DNA of 53,294 nt, counting the filler, from Trypethelium eluteriae (Eukaryota), in the NCBI GenBank assembly GCA_051942245.1. It is 2 parts of 2 records of this genome, joined end to end, with 100 filler letters (N's around TTAATTAATTAA, not from the genome) between each part and the next. Parts side by side here need not be neighbours in the genome. Positions count along the whole stretch, not along the records: positions 26,709 to 53,294 come from JAVECL010000349.1; 1 more part is not named here. One strand, 5' to 3'. Positions 49,420-53,294 of the stretch are shown in pieces; position 1 is the first letter of the stretch; every line of letters begins with the position of its first letter. Made by a program: the position numbers and the translations under genes. The notes below the pieces were generated by a model. The model saw only the letters and a program-made list of their open reading frames with translations. It was not told where the DNA came from and made no database searches.

Positions 49420-51750
49420 ATGCCGTTCCCCTTATCGTCACCTACCTCCCCGACCTCCCCGACTACTCCGACTGCGAGAGAAACTCCACATCTTCGACTC
49501 AATTCAGGCCAAGACGATCTTCTCAACATGGACTCGAGCGAGCTCGGTTTTGGCCAGCAAAGACCCGGAACAGCAAGACAGCCATCGCAACGGTCACTCG
49601 TCCCTCAGCAAGAACAACGACCAGGGACTGCACCCTCGATGCAACGGCAGGGCTCCTCTAATAGCGTGTACAACTCGAATGTGCCAGCGGAGTCGAGTGA
49701 TCTGCTATTGCCTCCCAGCAGATCACGGCCTTCGAGAAGGTTTCGAGATGACTTGTCACCAGTGCGATCGCCAAGCGAAGCTGGCTTTTCCTCGCGGCGG
49801 ACGAGTTGGACTTCAGAGGGCAGTCGAGATAGCAAATACGGGCCTTTCGCCTCACCCTTTGACGACTCGAGAGCGCCATCAAGAGCTGGAAGCGACGACG
49901 AAGGGGTGAACACGCAAACGGTATCGGAAAAATACAATATCTTGCCCTCGGCAGGTTTGCTGCTGTTCCCAGAGGACGTGGAAAAGGACGACTATCTGCA
50001 CAACCCAGACCCAAACGAGAAAGAAAAACTGCACATGCGAGACTGTTTTTCGAAAAGAGGGTTTGTAAACGTTGGTGGACTGGTGGTTCTCATTGGTGGG
50101 ATTCTGGTGCTTTTCATCGCCTATCCAATCTTGTATGTTACCTATTGGAGTGGTTGCACGAAACATCGACTGACTTTTGCCAGGACCTTCGTTCAGAGAA
50201 CTATCAACCCGGGAGGAAATGCGTGCTCGTCAAATCCGGATTGTCTCTCTGACAAAATGCCCCTAATGAACAACATCAGGAGAGGCTTAATCGATCCAGA
50301 CACACCGAAGTCTGCGATGACCCGGAAGTCGCATGGTGGAAAGTCGCAAACGCTGGTGGTATGGTGATCATGTCAGAATGCCCACGAACTGTACCACTAA
50401 CTCGATTAGTTTTCCGACGAATTCAACGATGACGGGAGAACATTCTACGATGGAGATGACCCCTACTTCCAAGGTGTTGATCTTTGGTATGGTGTGACGA
50501 TGGACTTGGAGGTTCGAAAGCATCTCATTCAGTCTATTCCCATGATGAAAGCTAATATTTCCGTTAGTGGTATGATCCAGATGCAATCACTACTCAAGAT
50601 GGTACCTTGAACCTTCTCTTCTCCGCATTTGAGAATCACAACCTGAATTATCGCTCTGGAATGCTACAGTCATGGAATAAGATGTGTTTCAAGGGCGGTT
50701 ATATGGAAGCAGCAATTTCCCTTCCAGGCAGCGGTGCAGTAGAAGGATTCTGGCCCGGCTTTTGGTCCATGGGCAATCTTGGACGCCCTGGATATGCTGC
50801 TTCAACTGATGGTATGTGGCCTTACAGCTATCACGATGAGTGCGATGCAGGTATTACGGCAAATCAAAGCGATCCTGATGGACTCAATGCGCTTCCTGGA
50901 ATGAGGCTGCCTGCCTGCACTTGCTCCGGCGAAGATCATCCCAGTCCTGGAAACTCTCGGAGCGCGCCAGAAATCGATGCCCTCGAAGCCAGTGTCAGTC
51001 AGCTGGGCGCTGGCAACTACGTGGGTTCAGTTTCGCAGAGTTGTCAAATCGCACCATTCGATACTTTCTACCAGCCCAATACAGGTGAGTTTTTTCCACG
51101 GGCTATGCTCTAATCTAGAATACATGACTCATGTTGACCCAAACATAGATTATATGGAGCTTTACGACACAAGTCTCACGGCTGTAAACGTGTATCAGGG
51201 TGGTGTGTACCAACAGGCGATTTCGCTGATCACATGGCTGAACAATGACTGGTATAATGGAAAACAATATCAAAAGTACGCCTTTGAATACGAGCCGGGG
51301 GAGACGGGATATATCACTTGGTATGTCGGCGACAGTCCAACTTGGACACTTGATGCTCGCGCCATTGGTCCCAACGGCAACATTGGACAGAGAACCATTC
51401 CGCAGGAACCCATGGCAATCATTGCCAACTTGGGCATGAGTAATGGCTTCTCGTCTATCGACATGACTGGCATTGGTAAACTACTGCCAGCTACGATGCG
51501 CTTGGATTACATCCGAATCTATCAAGATGACGACAATCCAAGCGTATCTTGTGATCCTCCCGGATATCCTACAACTGACTACATTGCTAATCACCCTGAG
51601 CTGTACAAAAATCCCAACATTACCTTACTGTAAGCATTAACTTGCTTTTGCGCCTTCATTCTTTCTATGACTAATGATCCTCATAGGTCGGAATCGAAAT
51701 TTTCGTGGCCGAAGAATTCACTCGTTCATGGCTGCAGTGGAGATTCGTAA
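49420..51750 (+). CDS. KRE6: KRE6/SKN1 beta-1,6-glucan synthesis-associated GH16 protein; introns 50133-50183, 50359-50409, 50512-50567, 51085-51148, 51630-51686
   Basis: EKDDYLHNP, type [56 protein letters not shown] and C-terminal [10 protein letters not shown]. Confidence 0.93.
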
Positions 51751-53294
51751 CTGATCTTCATGACCGTGGGTCGTCTCAGCTCCATGATTAAACGACGAAA
51801 TCGGTCAGTTACATGGCATATTCGACGATACGTGAAACGGCCTCCGATACACGCCCTGCCACACAATCAAAGCGCATCTAAAAACACGAAAATCAAACAC
51901 GATCTCAAATTCTGCAGTGTGACATTGCATGCATATCTCCCTCGGCGTTACACTCGGCGCTCATTTGGTCACCTGGCTATTTATCAACCTATCACATTTA
52001 CACGGCGCCCTCGGAAAATCTAGGTCTTTCAAGGCATTCCGCAATGGACGTCCCTTTAGTCCTTTTTGGATCGAACTTCTATGGCGGGCTTGACAATTTG
52101 CCTCTTTTGCTTCAACCTTTGTTTATTGCATCACCTCATACCTTCTAAGCGTTTGGCATCATCCTTTTATTGAAGAGATCTCAGTTGCTTAACTGAGATC
52201 ACTGCCTCTGTCAATACTCCGCATTCTTTTCCTTTCTCGTGTCTATATTTACCAAGGAGAGGCTCTTTTACTTATCGTTCTCCGCCTCCTACCGTTCCTT
52301 ACATATCGCGGACTGGTGGGTTGGGCTGGCCTGAGCTCCACCACAGTCGTTCTTTGTTTTCAATTTTTACTATCGGGGTCCGGGCTGTCAAGATTTGTTT
52401 ACGGCCCGTTACTGATACAAAGAATGTGGCTTATAGAATACTGGACTGCATACAAAGCTGGGGACTTGGTTGGATACTATCAGGAGTAGGATATGATATG
52501 GGCGTTTGTACGATCTAATATTTAGTATCAACCGGCTTTGCGTATTCCCTCTGTTAAATGGGAATACGGAATGCTGAATTAATGAATGATTCAATATTTC
52601 GATTAATTTGACCACGTGAATTGTTTGGGGAAAAATTCAAGCATTCCGCGAGGTAACCTTTACGTGGTACCATTACTCATCGTGAAAATGCGCCTTCTTT
52701 TTTTCTTTCTTTTTTTTCCCAAAAAAAGGAAAATAGAAAAGAAAAGAGCCAGTTGTGGGAATAATCACCGATCGTACAAAGTCGGCCATGATCGGAAGAA
52801 TCACTGACGTGTTTGAACTGTTCTTCATTGCAAAGGTTGGCTGGGCTTACAACATAACCAATGTGATGAAGTCTTGAAGACATGTGAAGCGTGCTTGCCG
52901 ATCTTTGACGCAGCAATTAGCATGACAGACAAAAATGCAGTCGCATAGCATACTTCATAATAACGTAAAGTCAGTGGACCTTAGACCTCCAAGTTAGCCA
53001 ACAATGCCTATGAGGAGCCCACCATCGTGCTCGTGCACCCATCCATCTCCCACTAAACTAACCTATCAAAGAGCCGCCCGCCCAATTAAAGGTGTAGATA
53101 TCCAAGCCTGCCTTAAAATTCCAAATTTATACAAGATCCAAGAGAAAGGTTTGACACGTGTGTTCGCTTCTTCATCATCAACATCATCATCGTCGTCATC
53201 AGATAACAATATACTCGCCATCCACCCTATCCATCGCCTTCCTCCACCTAAACGCCTGCGCCCCCAACCTATCCAGCCCACCCGTCCTCATCCC

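Noticed and set aside
53066..53294. Possible 3' end of a minus-strand gene at the window edge
   Set aside because: Too short, low-complexity and without a recognisable motif.

Overview
Eukaryotic, intron-containing DNA from a filamentous ascomycete (Pezizomycotina, possibly Dothideomycetes; short 43-95 nt GT-AG introns with CTRAY-type branch points). About 21 protein genes can be read, two of them cut by an artificial 100-nt scaffold spacer at 26609-26708. In order: AAA ATPase, SDH2, HAD hydrolase, ornithine aminotransferase, YOR1-like ABCC transporter, SOD-fold mitoribosomal protein, Cys-rich single-pass membrane protein, COQ10, PTH11-like protein, TRM140, GH79, reductase-domain fragment, BCKDH E1-beta fragment, Ctr86/ataxin-10, SDR, Zn2Cys6 factor, CYP52-like P450, Tri101-like acyltransferase, RTA1, flavin oxidoreductase and KRE6/SKN1. 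There is also a dispersed 5S rRNA gene and a tRNA-Trp(CCA) gene. The most unusual signal is this tRNA (34653-34816). Besides a normal anticodon-loop intron, its D-stem is split by a 60-nt insert with spliceosomal signals (AAG|GTTAGT...GTTGAT...CAG|G) and an internal T6 run. A structured, snoRNA-like element lies immediately upstream of it. All calls come from reading the sequence by eye; no searches were run.
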